Shown here piece after piece: positions 10,501 to 19,750 of a stretch of 64,000 nucleotides of DNA (positions within the stretch are counted from its first letter, which is position 1; the number at the start of each line of letters is the position of its first letter). This stretch comes from Flavobacteriales bacterium. GTDB lineage: Bacteria; Bacteroidota; Bacteroidia; NS11-12g; UBA955. A program made the translations under genes and the position numbers. The notes under the pieces are model-generated. The model was not told where the DNA came from. It made no database searches and worked only from the letters and a program-made list of their open reading frames with translations. The stretch lies in contig CANMCY010000008.1 in the NCBI GenBank assembly GCA_947496375.1, positions 16,817 through 80,816 on the forward strand. The letters run 5' to 3'.

Positions 10501-13500
10501 TACCAATCCTTCAAGCACGTTCACCGCCAATAACATTTGGCTTTCACCGGCTAAAAACAGCAATATCAGGGTGGTGCAGATCCGCGACTGGGTGCGGGAT
10601 ACGGTGATAAAACCGGTCAATGACATTTACCGGGCCGGTTCTCTGCCGGCAGGACAAACCCGTCGTTTTAAAATCAGGGCTGTTTTTAATAATTGTACAC
10701 CTGACAGTTTGCTCCTGTTCGGTGGATGGACTTGTCAGGGTTATCCCAATGATTTTACCTCCAATACCTGCGCTACATTGTCTACCAAGCTCTATCTAGA
10801 GCCGCTGAACACACGATTGAATGTCACGTTAACCGATTCCCTCAGCAAATTTGATTTGTGCTATCCAAACCGAATGACCCTGGTAATTGACAATGTTCAG
10901 TCGGTGACTGCCCATCAGCTAAAGGCAAGAATTACCTTACCCATTGGCATGGAGTTGATTTCAGGGAATAATTTTATCCGTTATCCCCACAAATCGGCAG
11001 CAACCAAATTAAGTGACCCGAAATTATTGGCCGGAACTACCTGGGAATGGGATCTAAACAAGTTGGTTTCAGGCCTGGCATCCGGATTTCCAGGAACCGT
11101 TGATACCAACAAAAACAAGATTATCATCACATTCAGGGTAAAAACTAACTGCGACTATGCTTCAGGCAGTTTCATTACTGCCAGGTCTGCTTCCAACATT
11201 CGCTGCGGTGACCCAATACCATCTAATGCTTCCTATACCAACCCGCTCGAAATCAGAGGCATTGTGCGCACTTTGCTCACCCAGGTAAAAAACTGGACGG
11301 ATTCCATACTTCCTTGTGAAAAGCCGGCGTATTCCAAAGTCAGGGTTATTATTTTAGGTCCATCAGAAACAGATACCAATGACAGGGTAGAGGTGATATT
11401 GCCCCCCGGTCTGAACAGGGATACATCCTATTACAAGGCCGTACTCAACGCACCCGACCGATATAAATTGAAGGTTAGCAATTTCAATGGCGCTTCATTG
11501 CTTTCATGGCAATTACCACCCAAAATTCAACCCGGTGACTCTTCCGAATTTGAAATAAGACTGAATGCCAGCGGCAGTCAGCTTACCTGTGGGCCGTTAG
11601 ATGTGCTCAGCAGAACGGTTGTTGCTCAAAATGCAGAGTGTGTGCCGGAAAATAAAATTTGTACCATTAAAGCGATTACCGGTTCTATTCTTAGTTCGCC
11701 TGTGGTGGATAAAGGTGATTTGCAGTTTGTCAATGTCAGCATCAGTGCATCAAAGTTGCTTAATTCGGATACTGAACAGGTTACACTAAAATACGGCATC
11801 AAAAATATAGGTAAATATGCCAGCAGTGCCACGCCTATGGTGGTGAGATACCATTTTGACAGCGATGGCAATGGCAAATGGAGTGCCGGTGATTTGAGAC
11901 TGGGTACAGATACCATTATAAAAACCCTGAAAAAAGATTCATTTGTGCTGATGAGCCGAACCCTGAAAATCAGGGCCGGCAGAAGCTGTGCCTTACTGGC
12001 AGTCATTGACAGCGGAGCATGTGCCTGCCGTTTCGGGCAGATTATGTTCCCAGCGCCCTATTACCCCAATGCAGGAAGGGATACTGCACTGTGCTCAGGC
12101 ACCCCGTGGAAACTGGGTACCGCTACATCCAAGTGGTATCAATACCGCTGGGACAGAACCGACTTGCTGGACAGTTTTTACATTGGAAATCCCGTTTACA
12201 CACCCATAAACTCCGATATAGTTCCTGATACACAGTTTTTCATGCTTAGCACAAACAGAGGGGTCTGCAGTTCAAGGGATACCATTCGGCTGATTGTGTT
12301 GCCTTTGCCGGATCTTGTTATTAACAATAAGAACAGGGAAATCTGCGAGGGGGCGGCGGTAAAACTGTTAAATACCGTCAGTGGGGGTAAGTCGCCCTAT
12401 CAGTGGCGCTGGTCTCCGTCTATAGGTCTCTCGGATGCCTCGGCTTCAGAACCCTTGGCATCGCCCAAAACAGGCACCCGTTATACCCTTCGTATAACCG
12501 ATAGATTTGGTTGTGCTAAATCCGATACATTGAGAATTTCGGTGAACCCCAATCCCGTAGCGGCGTTCTCCTGGCCCGTGACCTGTGCTGGCCGACCTGT
12601 GATGGTTTCAGACAGTAGCAGGATTTCGGCGGATAGTATTGTAACCCGCCTCTGGAGCGCCACCGGCTTCGATACGTTTGGTTTAAAAGTGCTGAATTTC
12701 AATATGAATGGGCGTTCCAGGGTGCCGCTCACCCTCTCGGTATTTAGCAACAAAGGTTGTGGTGATACCCTTACCCGCATTGTAGATGTGAAAGCCATAC
12801 CCAGAGCCGCCTTTACAATACCCTATGTATGCAATGGCGACTCCAGCCGTTTTGCTAACCAAACCACCCTGGATAGCGGAGTTATCACTGCCTGGAGCTG
12901 GGATTTTGGGGACGGTACATCTGCTTCCGTTAAAAATCCCATACATCGGTATGCTGATACCGGCATTCGCACCGTCATGCTGTCAGCCCTTAGCAATAAC
13001 GGATGCGCGGATACCGTGCGCAAAACAGCCAGGGTGTTTCCGGTGCCTGTGGCCCGATTTACTTTCGCCAATGTGTGCTCAGGAGACTCGTTTTCTTTTG
13101 CACACACTTCCAATCTGTTTGGCGATACCCTGCAGTCCCTAAGCTGGAATCTGGGTGTCATGGGATCGGCCACAGACAGCAGTTTCCGAAGAATGGTTAC
13201 CCCCTGGGGCAAATACCCGGTTGCATTAACCGTTCAAACACTTCATGGCTGCAGACACACTGCGCGTGACACAGCCAGGGTTTATCCGCTGCCGGTGCCC
13301 GCCTTTACAGCCGATTCTATTTGTGAAGGACTTACCACTACCTTCCTGAATGGCGCTAAAATCCCTGAAGGAAGCATAAAAGGATATCAGTGGGCTTTTG
13401 GAGACGGCAATGGATCAGTGGCTACCGCTCCCAAACATGTTTACGCCAATCAGGGATTGTATGTAGCACGCCTGAAAGCAACATCAGATAAGGGCTGCGT

Positions 13501-14791
13501 AGATAGCGTAGAAAATACAATAACTGTGTTTGCTCCTGCATGGCCTGTGTTTGCGGTCAATAACCTTTGTCTGCGTCAGAACCTCGTGAGTACGGCGCAG
13601 CATCGCGGACAAGGCACTCCCCTAAGCTACCGCTGGTATTTGGGTAATGGAGACAGCGTAATCGGGAAAAATCTGAATTACCTGTATTCTGCTCATGGCA
13701 CCTACAACCTACGCATGCGCATGGTTACCGACCGGGGTTGTGTGCGGGATTCTACTGCGGTAGTTGTCATTCATCCGTTGCCTCAGGTGATGTTTACTGC
13801 CGTAAACCCCTGTAAAGATGATAGTCTGGTCTTTACCGCACAAACCGGTATAGCATTGGGCAGCGCAGGCACACCGCAGTGGACATTCAGCGATGGACGT
13901 TCGGCTTCCGGTAGCCCGGTAAGACTCATTTTTGGAACGCCGGGAAGCGGTTTTGCAAAACTCAAACACACTTCCGACAAGGGTTGCATGGATTCACTCA
14001 ATTTGCCTTACGTTGTGGGTGAAAAAGTTGTTGTACGGTATACAGTAAGTGACGTATGCCTTGAAGAATCCAGTCAATTCAGGGATTCCAGTACAGGTGC
14101 CCAAACTATCAATGCGTGGAGCTGGGATTTTGGCAATGGAGGGAAATCAACCCAGTCCAGTCCTGTGCATACCTATAAAATGCCCGGGACCTACAATACC
14201 CGCCTGCAAATCAGCACCTTGCCCGGTTGTAATTATGCTGTAGGGAAAACCACCACGGTTCATCCCAAGCCCACGGCCCTGTTTACCCACAGCCCTGATC
14301 GAGGAACCATAGTAAATCCCCTGATTACATTTACAGACAATAGCTCGGGTGCAGATACCCTGTGGTATTCAATCAGCACCGGATTTAAAACCCAAAACCG
14401 CAATTTCACCTACAGGTTCCCTGATAGTGGTGTATACAGCACCACGCAATATGTTTCCACACGCTATGGCTGCAGAGATTCCTTTACCCAAAAGATAAAC
14501 ATAGATTACATTTATACACTGCACATTCCCAATGCCTTTACTCCTGATGGAAATAACCTCAACGAAGGTTTTGGACCTGTGGGAATGGGTGTTAAGTGGT
14601 ATTCCATGAAAATTTATTCGCGATGGGGTGAAAAGCTGTACGAAACTGCTGAAAGCAAACCCTGGAATGGAATGTACATGGGGGAACAGCTGCCGGAGGG
14701 TATCTATATATATTTAATGGAGATAAAGGACCACAATGGCCGCAATCACTACGCCAAAGGCACGGTTCACATTCTTCGAAAAGGCGAATGA
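7508..14791 (+). CDS. large surface protein with PKD repeats and gliding-motility-associated (T9SS type B) C-terminal domain
   Basis: 2427 aa; signal peptide; repeated WxWDFGDG/GC.DT PKD units; C-terminal IPNAFTPDG..N..F..YSRWG..W.G..LPEGIY.Y. Confidence 0.9.
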   Translation: MHRYALRILVFFIAFFFAAFLSAQGNKLSIVASAPKNMTICGLTDTARVTVSNVSSSNITGITITLSFPSGMQYVAGSVSGTGISESNITNLNRPIFSSANLTIGKNFTFRYRVRANCDLIAVVSGPSNPSVNVRVDYTGNFDAALSLPFTSAIPSLGYSGITNQSFVGNVGDKFVRRVTVTNFGKGPLLSLRLLRIKGKDLSLKSESGFSHRYNLDSVITTITKADIQKVGNKDTFLDQNESVSISDTFTINACSLLSTSYDLTWGCDSKNCQVVKNNALTSISTASPNLQVVVSNSMQLVYNNTTVSKFTMRIANIGQMKAVLPQAMIFQTLNPGGGFYNYELSRIDSTSVRLRKGWNGTANRVYTDTFLSNIATQCWSAGTMGGFRLRLQELQPKDTIFITWDVFRCASTGCNAAFYESGWGYRVSYQNQCKTVLSTGNQWGYVYTYSGGAVTPYTPTDLQQNEVKPFRYTFSGMGNLPLHSSAAIRIDMVLPNTLSHSLTKADFYIDNPNLTAIWYPDSLKMVNDTLRAFMGRTVVFGLTNSELTVRLKGICPSGSGNNNQPLTLIYAYNPNTTAHPNVWIKPICNTVVAKVHCRNVCTRGGMLFRNFELYRSNYGLPDNDNNGLADASGTIDKLKIRTERIMFGDTLTTIFRGRPRNASGINNWRYGFAESVVTNGDYISVLDAKLEVYKGVTKVSGNCNAVKWRKVSSGTNATFYFDFTVDSIWRGGCLSSTYRFTQNDSVSLIVRYKVDKNRGQTTQPMNFSNRFYLASAANPSPSQSYQCDTFSGNCILYGYIFHNWGSDNISYASCNEVAISQSFYLGIGNCCTYGGGNIFPFEYRNWGRPVAMKLTLPSALKLNRTSFIQYRTAGTNNTVTEQKDTVPFRRGSTYWFDFTKYYKDSGGKVNYSDDGFHGTFWYTVNPSCELLPNTTYPIQYDYVYERRGALGKGYDTVRSQIMRTPDYFTFVPPKFTLQPALPILYGTKDTVEWEVRYTNPSSTFTANNIWLSPAKNSNIRVVQIRDWVRDTVIKPVNDIYRAGSLPAGQTRRFKIRAVFNNCTPDSLLLFGGWTCQGYPNDFTSNTCATLSTKLYLEPLNTRLNVTLTDSLSKFDLCYPNRMTLVIDNVQSVTAHQLKARITLPIGMELISGNNFIRYPHKSAATKLSDPKLLAGTTWEWDLNKLVSGLASGFPGTVDTNKNKIIITFRVKTNCDYASGSFITARSASNIRCGDPIPSNASYTNPLEIRGIVRTLLTQVKNWTDSILPCEKPAYSKVRVIILGPSETDTNDRVEVILPPGLNRDTSYYKAVLNAPDRYKLKVSNFNGASLLSWQLPPKIQPGDSSEFEIRLNASGSQLTCGPLDVLSRTVVAQNAECVPENKICTIKAITGSILSSPVVDKGDLQFVNVSISASKLLNSDTEQVTLKYGIKNIGKYASSATPMVVRYHFDSDGNGKWSAGDLRLGTDTIIKTLKKDSFVLMSRTLKIRAGRSCALLAVIDSGACACRFGQIMFPAPYYPNAGRDTALCSGTPWKLGTATSKWYQYRWDRTDLLDSFYIGNPVYTPINSDIVPDTQFFMLSTNRGVCSSRDTIRLIVLPLPDLVINNKNREICEGAAVKLLNTVSGGKSPYQWRWSPSIGLSDASASEPLASPKTGTRYTLRITDRFGCAKSDTLRISVNPNPVAAFSWPVTCAGRPVMVSDSSRISADSIVTRLWSATGFDTFGLKVLNFNMNGRSRVPLTLSVFSNKGCGDTLTRIVDVKAIPRAAFTIPYVCNGDSSRFANQTTLDSGVITAWSWDFGDGTSASVKNPIHRYADTGIRTVMLSALSNNGCADTVRKTARVFPVPVARFTFANVCSGDSFSFAHTSNLFGDTLQSLSWNLGVMGSATDSSFRRMVTPWGKYPVALTVQTLHGCRHTARDTARVYPLPVPAFTADSICEGLTTTFLNGAKIPEGSIKGYQWAFGDGNGSVATAPKHVYANQGLYVARLKATSDKGCVDSVENTITVFAPAWPVFAVNNLCLRQNLVSTAQHRGQGTPLSYRWYLGNGDSVIGKNLNYLYSAHGTYNLRMRMVTDRGCVRDSTAVVVIHPLPQVMFTAVNPCKDDSLVFTAQTGIALGSAGTPQWTFSDGRSASGSPVRLIFGTPGSGFAKLKHTSDKGCMDSLNLPYVVGEKVVVRYTVSDVCLEESSQFRDSSTGAQTINAWSWDFGNGGKSTQSSPVHTYKMPGTYNTRLQISTLPGCNYAVGKTTTVHPKPTALFTHSPDRGTIVNPLITFTDNSSGADTLWYSISTGFKTQNRNFTYRFPDSGVYSTTQYVSTRYGCRDSFTQKINIDYIYTLHIPNAFTPDGNNLNEGFGPVGMGVKWYSMKIYSRWGEKLYETAESKPWNGMYMGEQLPEGIYIYLMEIKDHNGRNHYAKGTVHILRKGE

Positions 14792-14793
14792 TT

Positions 14794-15369
14794 TTATGGA
14801 AGCAAAAACCCCTGCAGTTCTCTGTAGAATCTTGCCATGGGGAATCCCATCACATTGTAAAAACAGCCATTGATGCGCTTTACACCCATGTATCCCATCC
14901 AGTCCTGCACCCCGTAGGCGCCGGCTTTATCGAACGGTTTGTATTCTTCTATGTAATAATCAATTTCTTTACGGCTCAGAGGATAAAATTCTACTTCGCT
15001 GCGTTCGTGAAAAACCTGTTGCCGCTCGCCATTGCGCATGCAAACACCGGTAAACACCTCATGGGTTTTGCCACTGAGTGAGGTAAGCATCTCAACGGCC
15101 TCGTCTTTGTGGCCGGGTTTGTTGATAACCCTGTTGCCAAGGCATACAATGGTATCTGCGGTCACCAGTATCTGATTGGTCAGGGTTTCGGTGAAATGCG
15201 ATGCCTTGTGTGAAGCCAGAAATTCACAAACCTGTTCCCGCACCAAATAATCCGGAAAATCTTCTTCCGCATCGATGTTCACCACTTCAAAGTGCAGGCC
15301 GGCTTCCCGGAAAATCTGATGGCGCCTTGGGCTTTTTGAAGCCAGCAGCAGCTTGGGGAACTGAATCAT
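14794..15369 (-). CDS. maf: Maf-family nucleoside triphosphate pyrophosphatase
   Basis: LASKSPRR, TADTIV, KP, DKAGAYGVQ, NVMGFP. Confidence 0.95.
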   Translation of the reverse strand: MIQFPKLLLASKSPRRHQIFREAGLHFEVVNIDAEEDFPDYLVREQVCEFLASHKASHFTETLTNQILVTADTIVCLGNRVINKPGHKDEAVEMLTSLSGKTHEVFTGVCMRNGERQQVFHERSEVEFYPLSRKEIDYYIEEYKPFDKAGAYGVQDWMGYMGVKRINGCFYNVMGFPMARFYRELQGFLLP

Positions 15370-15437
15370 GCAGCAAAGGTATTGCTTACAGCGTAAAGTA
15401 GAAATTAGCGGCTAATGGGTTATTTTTGCGGCAAATT

Positions 15438-16325
15438 ATGAAGCAAATTGCAGTAATCGGCGGCGGCACCATGGGCAATGGCATTGTGCATGTTTTCGCC
15501 CAGAACGGATACCAGGTAGCATTGATTGATGTGAAACCTGAGATTTTGGAAAAAGCCCTGGCCACCATTTCAAAAAACCTCGACAGGCAAGTGGCTAAAG
15601 GGGTGATTGATGAGGATAAAAAGTCAGCCACCCTGGCCAATATCAAAACTTTCACCGGCATCAGTGATGGTGTGGAAGGCGCAGATTTGGTGGTGGAGGC
15701 CGCTACAGAAAATCTGGATATCAAACTGAATATTTTCCGTCAACTTGATAGTTTTGCGAAACCGGAGTGCATACTCGCATCCAACACATCCTCCATTAGC
15801 ATTACCAAAATTGGCTCAGTTACGAACAGGCCTGAGAAGGTAATCGGTATGCACTTTATGAATCCCGTGCCGGTAATGAAGCTGGTGGAAATAATCGGGG
15901 GTTACAAAACCGATAAACAAACGCTGGATACCATCGTGGAGTTAACCAAAGCCATCGGTAAAGTACCTGCGGTAACCCAGGATTATCCGGGCTTTATCTC
16001 CAATAGGGTACTCATTCCCATGATCAACGAGGCCATTTTGTCTCTGGAAGAGGGTGTGGCCGGTGTGGAAGAGATTGACACCATCATGAAGCTGGGTATG
16101 GCGCATCCTATGGGCCCGTTGCAACTGGCCGATTTTATTGGGCTGGATGTTTGCCTGGCCATATTGCACGTGTTGCATGATGGATTTAAAAATCCCAAAT
16201 ATGCACCTTCTAATTTGCTGGTCAATATGGTAACTGCCGGAGATCTGGGTGTTAAATCCGGACGGGGTTTTTACGATTATTCCCACGGAACCAAAGAGCT
16301 GGTGGTTTCCCCTAAATTTTGCTGA
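15438..16325 (+). CDS. hbd: 3-hydroxybutyryl-CoA dehydrogenase
   Basis: GGGTMGNG NAD-binding motif, SNTSS, GMHFMNP, PMGPLQLADFIGLD. Confidence 0.93.
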   Translation: MKQIAVIGGGTMGNGIVHVFAQNGYQVALIDVKPEILEKALATISKNLDRQVAKGVIDEDKKSATLANIKTFTGISDGVEGADLVVEAATENLDIKLNIFRQLDSFAKPECILASNTSSISITKIGSVTNRPEKVIGMHFMNPVPVMKLVEIIGGYKTDKQTLDTIVELTKAIGKVPAVTQDYPGFISNRVLIPMINEAILSLEEGVAGVEEIDTIMKLGMAHPMGPLQLADFIGLDVCLAILHVLHDGFKNPKYAPSNLLVNMVTAGDLGVKSGRGFYDYSHGTKELVVSPKFC

Positions 16326-16457
16326 TAAAGCCCATAATTTTAAAACCATACTTCCTTGAAAAGCCCTTCAGTAAAGGGCTTCCGCGTATTTTCTTGACTT
16401 TCCTCGCATATTATATTACATTCGCATTTTAATTAATCACGGGCGCGCTGCAACCGC

Positions 16458-17504
16458 ATGAAATTAAGTCAATTTAAATTCGAACTTCCTGAAGAGCTAA
16501 TTGCCCAGGAACCCCTTAAAACCCGTCACGAAAGCCGCCTTCTGGTGGTAAATCGCAAGGAAAAAACCATTGAGCACAAAATGTTTCATGATGTGCTGGA
16601 TATTTTTGACGAAGACGACACGTTTGTGGTGAACAATACCAAGGTATTCACCGCTCGCATGTACGGACAAAAAGAGAAAACCGGAGCACAAATCGAAGTG
16701 TTTTTGCTTAGGGAACTCAACCATGATTTGCGACTTTGGGATGTGCTGGTAGATCCTGCCAGGAAAATCAGGGTAGGGAATAAGCTGTATTTTGGAGATG
16801 ATGACCTGGTGGCGGAAGTAGTGGATAATACCACCTCACGCGGGCGCACCATTCGCTTTCTTTTTGATGGTGATGACGAGGCGTTCACCCGTGTGATCAA
16901 GAAGCTTGGTGAAACTCCCATACCCAAATACATTTCGCGAGCAGTAAAACCGGAAGATGAGCACTGGTATCAGAGCCAGTTTGCCAAATACGTAGGTGCC
17001 GTTGCGGCTCCCGCGGCTCAGTTGCACCTAACCCGTGAATTGCTGATGCGATTGGATATCAAAGGGATAAAATTTGCAGAGATAACTTTGCATCTTGGCC
17101 TTGGCGCTTTCCGTGAGGTAGAGGTGGAAGACCTTACCAAACATAAGATGGACAGTGAGTTTTACAGCATAGACCAAACGGCCTGCGATATCGTGAATGG
17201 TTCCATTGACAAGCGCAAGCGTGTTGTGGCAGTGGGAGGTTCGGTTATGCGTGCTATGGAAAGCAGTGTAAGCTCCACCAAAACCCTGAATCCCGGAGCG
17301 GGCTGGTCTGATAAATTCATTTTCCCACCCCATGATTTTAGCGTGGCCAATGCGTTTATTACCAACCTGCATCAGCCGGAAAGTCCGTTGTACATGATGG
17401 CCTGTGCCTACACCAGCCATGAGTTTATGACCCACGTGTATCAGGAAGCCATCAAGGAACAATACCGTTTCCTGTGCTATGGCGATGCCATGTTGATTAT
17501 CTAA
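16458..17504 (+). CDS. queA: S-adenosylmethionine:tRNA ribosyltransferase-isomerase (several motifs divergent)
   Basis: [39 protein letters not shown]. Confidence 0.88.
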   Translation: MKLSQFKFELPEELIAQEPLKTRHESRLLVVNRKEKTIEHKMFHDVLDIFDEDDTFVVNNTKVFTARMYGQKEKTGAQIEVFLLRELNHDLRLWDVLVDPARKIRVGNKLYFGDDDLVAEVVDNTTSRGRTIRFLFDGDDEAFTRVIKKLGETPIPKYISRAVKPEDEHWYQSQFAKYVGAVAAPAAQLHLTRELLMRLDIKGIKFAEITLHLGLGAFREVEVEDLTKHKMDSEFYSIDQTACDIVNGSIDKRKRVVAVGGSVMRAMESSVSSTKTLNPGAGWSDKFIFPPHDFSVANAFITNLHQPESPLYMMACAYTSHEFMTHVYQEAIKEQYRFLCYGDAMLII

Positions 17505-17519
17505 AGGAATTTAAAACCA

Positions 17520-17549
17520 CAAAAAAGCCCCGGAAACGGGGCTTTTTTG
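17520..17549. terminator. bidirectional intrinsic terminator after queA
   Basis: AAAAAAGCCCCG-GAAA-CGGGGCTTTTTT. Confidence 0.85.
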
Positions 17550-17551
17550 TT

Positions 17552-17820
17552 GCCCCATAGCCCTCGGTTTCAACCGTGGGCTATGGGGCCGACCCTTTCT
17601 TATTCCAAACCCCAGGATATGCTTGGGATAGCATGACCCCGGCGGAGTCAAATATCTGCAGCCGGAATGGCGAAAGATGTTTACGACCCTGAAGGTGGTC
17701 GAACCCAAGAATATCTGGTACATGGCGGTTATAGCAAAATTTCAATGCGCTGATGGTATTCCCATTAATATGGGCCTATCAAACATAGTCCGGGGTTTAA
17801 ACCCCGGGCTATGTTTGATA
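17552..17820. repeat. cluster of REP-like palindromes
   Basis: related hairpins at 17552-17589 and 17777-17820 (core CATAGYCCnsGGTTTnAACCsnGGGCTATG) plus GACCC..GTC hairpins near 17636 and 17685. Confidence 0.7.
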
Positions 17821-17827
17821 TTCTCCC

Positions 17828-19474
17828 CTAACCCACCTTCTTATTCCAAACCTTCCGCACATAATATTCACTAAAACCTGTTATTTGCGAAATCTCTTTG
17901 GCGGATTTGTTTTCCTTTCGGAGCCGTCTTACCTGCACCATCCTGAGCCGGTTGATATAGGCACCGGGTTTTTCAGGTGCAAGCAGTTCGTAAATTACCG
18001 CATTGTTGGTTTGAAAACGTTCAGCGATGGATTTTAAGCTCGCCTGTGCCAGGTTTTCTTTAATGAATGTTTCTACATCTTCACGGGTGGTTCTGTTAAC
18101 TGCACCTTCTGGCATTTCCTGTTTGATGGACCTGAGTCGGTGACGCAAACGGTAAAGCAGATAGGATAGAATAGCCACAAATAAAATCAGGGTCGCAATC
18201 AATGTGATGATGCTGTATGGTACGGGCTGGTTTCCCCCAGCCATTTTAATGGTTCTGTCGGCAAGCTGATCGAGGTATCTTGCATCCAGCACATACAGGC
18301 CGTCAATGCTGCCGGCAAAGAGACTGTCGCCTTGGAGGTAGAGCCCCCTGCGGTTAAATTCTACACCCTTGATGAGTTCCGATAATTTGTTCGAAGCGGT
18401 GTTATACCGATACAACCCCGCATCGGTGGCGATGACAAAGTCTGAACCGCCTAGGTGCTGCAGTGTGTGGGCTTTTTTTAATGTGGTAAGCTTTTTATAG
18501 GAGCCGTCGGCATTCACAGCATACAAACCATCACTGCACAGCAGGTAGTTGCTTAGATTGCCTATATATCCATCAAGGATGGGTTCTGTAAGCGTAAAGT
18601 TTACCTTGGTATTTTTGGTTGTCGGATTGATTGACATGAAGGCTTTTCCGGCCGCGAAATACACAGAGCCGCGGTTTTCTCCCAACATTGTCACTTCGGC
18701 GTCTTTTTCTTTAACTTTGAACAAGGAATGGGCTTTGGTGAGCGCTTCATTTATGGCCATCAGCTCTGACTTTGCAGATACGATGTATTGTTTATGGTAC
18801 TTTGAGTACAATATATCACTCGCCCAGTCAGAAGTATATCCTTTTGGCAGATCCGGTCTTCCTAATGGCAAGCTGTCGCCAGCCCGGAGATCGGCGATTA
18901 GCAGGGAGCTGTAGCAGATAAAAGCCTTTCCATTTAATTCGCGTATGCGGCCGTCTGTAAAGCCGGGAAATCGCGCGCTGGCCAGCTTGTATCCCCGGTA
19001 GTAGATGCCAGAGTAGGTTCCTACAAAATTCCGGGATGCGGTTCTCACGCTGTGGTTTCGGTAACGGTGATCGAAGGGCAGGATCTCGTAGATATGCATT
19101 TTACCTCCGGAAGTAATGTAGAAAAAGTCTTCTGTACCGGCATGGTACTCGTCCCGGCTCTCTGAAGAAAATGGAAGCATCCGGCTATAGGTGGTCTGGT
19201 TGTGGTACTTTATTCCGTCAGGGTCAATAATGGGCAATTCTTTGTTGTCCAGTGTCAGGTATCCTATCCGGTTGTCAAGTTTCGACATTGTCGTTCCGTC
19301 GTATTGATGAACCCCCTCTGATGTGCCTGCATAAATTTTGCCGTCACCTGCTTTCAGCACATTGTAATAAAATGGCCTGGAAATCATTGAATAAAGGATG
19401 GTGTCCCTCAGCTGAGCCCAAGCCGGTAACATCCACAGACAGGCAGCAAGGATAAGGAGTTTTTTTGAATGCAT
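17828..19474 (-). CDS. membrane-anchored sensor/regulator: periplasmic beta-propeller-like region, one TM helix, C-terminal AraC-like HTH
   Basis: signal peptide; IYAGTSEGV, FVIATDAGLY, LFAGSIDGLY blades; TM IITLIATLILFVAILSYLLY; SLKSIAERF and KEISQITGFS HTH-like segments. Confidence 0.7.
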   Translation of the reverse strand: MHSKKLLILAACLWMLPAWAQLRDTILYSMISRPFYYNVLKAGDGKIYAGTSEGVHQYDGTTMSKLDNRIGYLTLDNKELPIIDPDGIKYHNQTTYSRMLPFSSESRDEYHAGTEDFFYITSGGKMHIYEILPFDHRYRNHSVRTASRNFVGTYSGIYYRGYKLASARFPGFTDGRIRELNGKAFICYSSLLIADLRAGDSLPLGRPDLPKGYTSDWASDILYSKYHKQYIVSAKSELMAINEALTKAHSLFKVKEKDAEVTMLGENRGSVYFAAGKAFMSINPTTKNTKVNFTLTEPILDGYIGNLSNYLLCSDGLYAVNADGSYKKLTTLKKAHTLQHLGGSDFVIATDAGLYRYNTASNKLSELIKGVEFNRRGLYLQGDSLFAGSIDGLYVLDARYLDQLADRTIKMAGGNQPVPYSIITLIATLILFVAILSYLLYRLRHRLRSIKQEMPEGAVNRTTREDVETFIKENLAQASLKSIAERFQTNNAVIYELLAPEKPGAYINRLRMVQVRRLRKENKSAKEISQITGFSEYYVRKVWNKKVG

Positions 19475-19613
19475 GGATTTCAATAGAGCGTATTTTTAAC
19501 AATCACAAAGAAATGTCACATATGCGATAATTTAAAATTATCATTAAAAAATAGCACATTGCTCTTGAAATAATGCCATGCTTGCAGGGTTGGTCGGGCT
19601 GTCATAAGCAGGG

Positions 19614-19621
19614 TAATTTTG
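19614..19621 (+). promoter_or_regulatory. putative -7 promoter box of the adhesin gene
   Basis: TAATTTTG matches Bacteroidota TAnnTTTG, about 130 nt upstream of ATG 19751. Confidence 0.45.
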
Positions 19622-19750
19622 CTTTGAATATCAATATTTCCATTTCCCATGTTTCACTTACTTCATTCTGGATCATCGCTTGCTACAACGCGATGTAGAC
19701 GGAAAATATAATATCACTAAAATTACTTCGTAGCTAAAAACCCTCCAACC

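Noticed and set aside
17511-17874. Short ORFs 17511-17723 and 17677-17874
   Set aside because: They run through terminator and palindromic repeats and have no recognisable motifs
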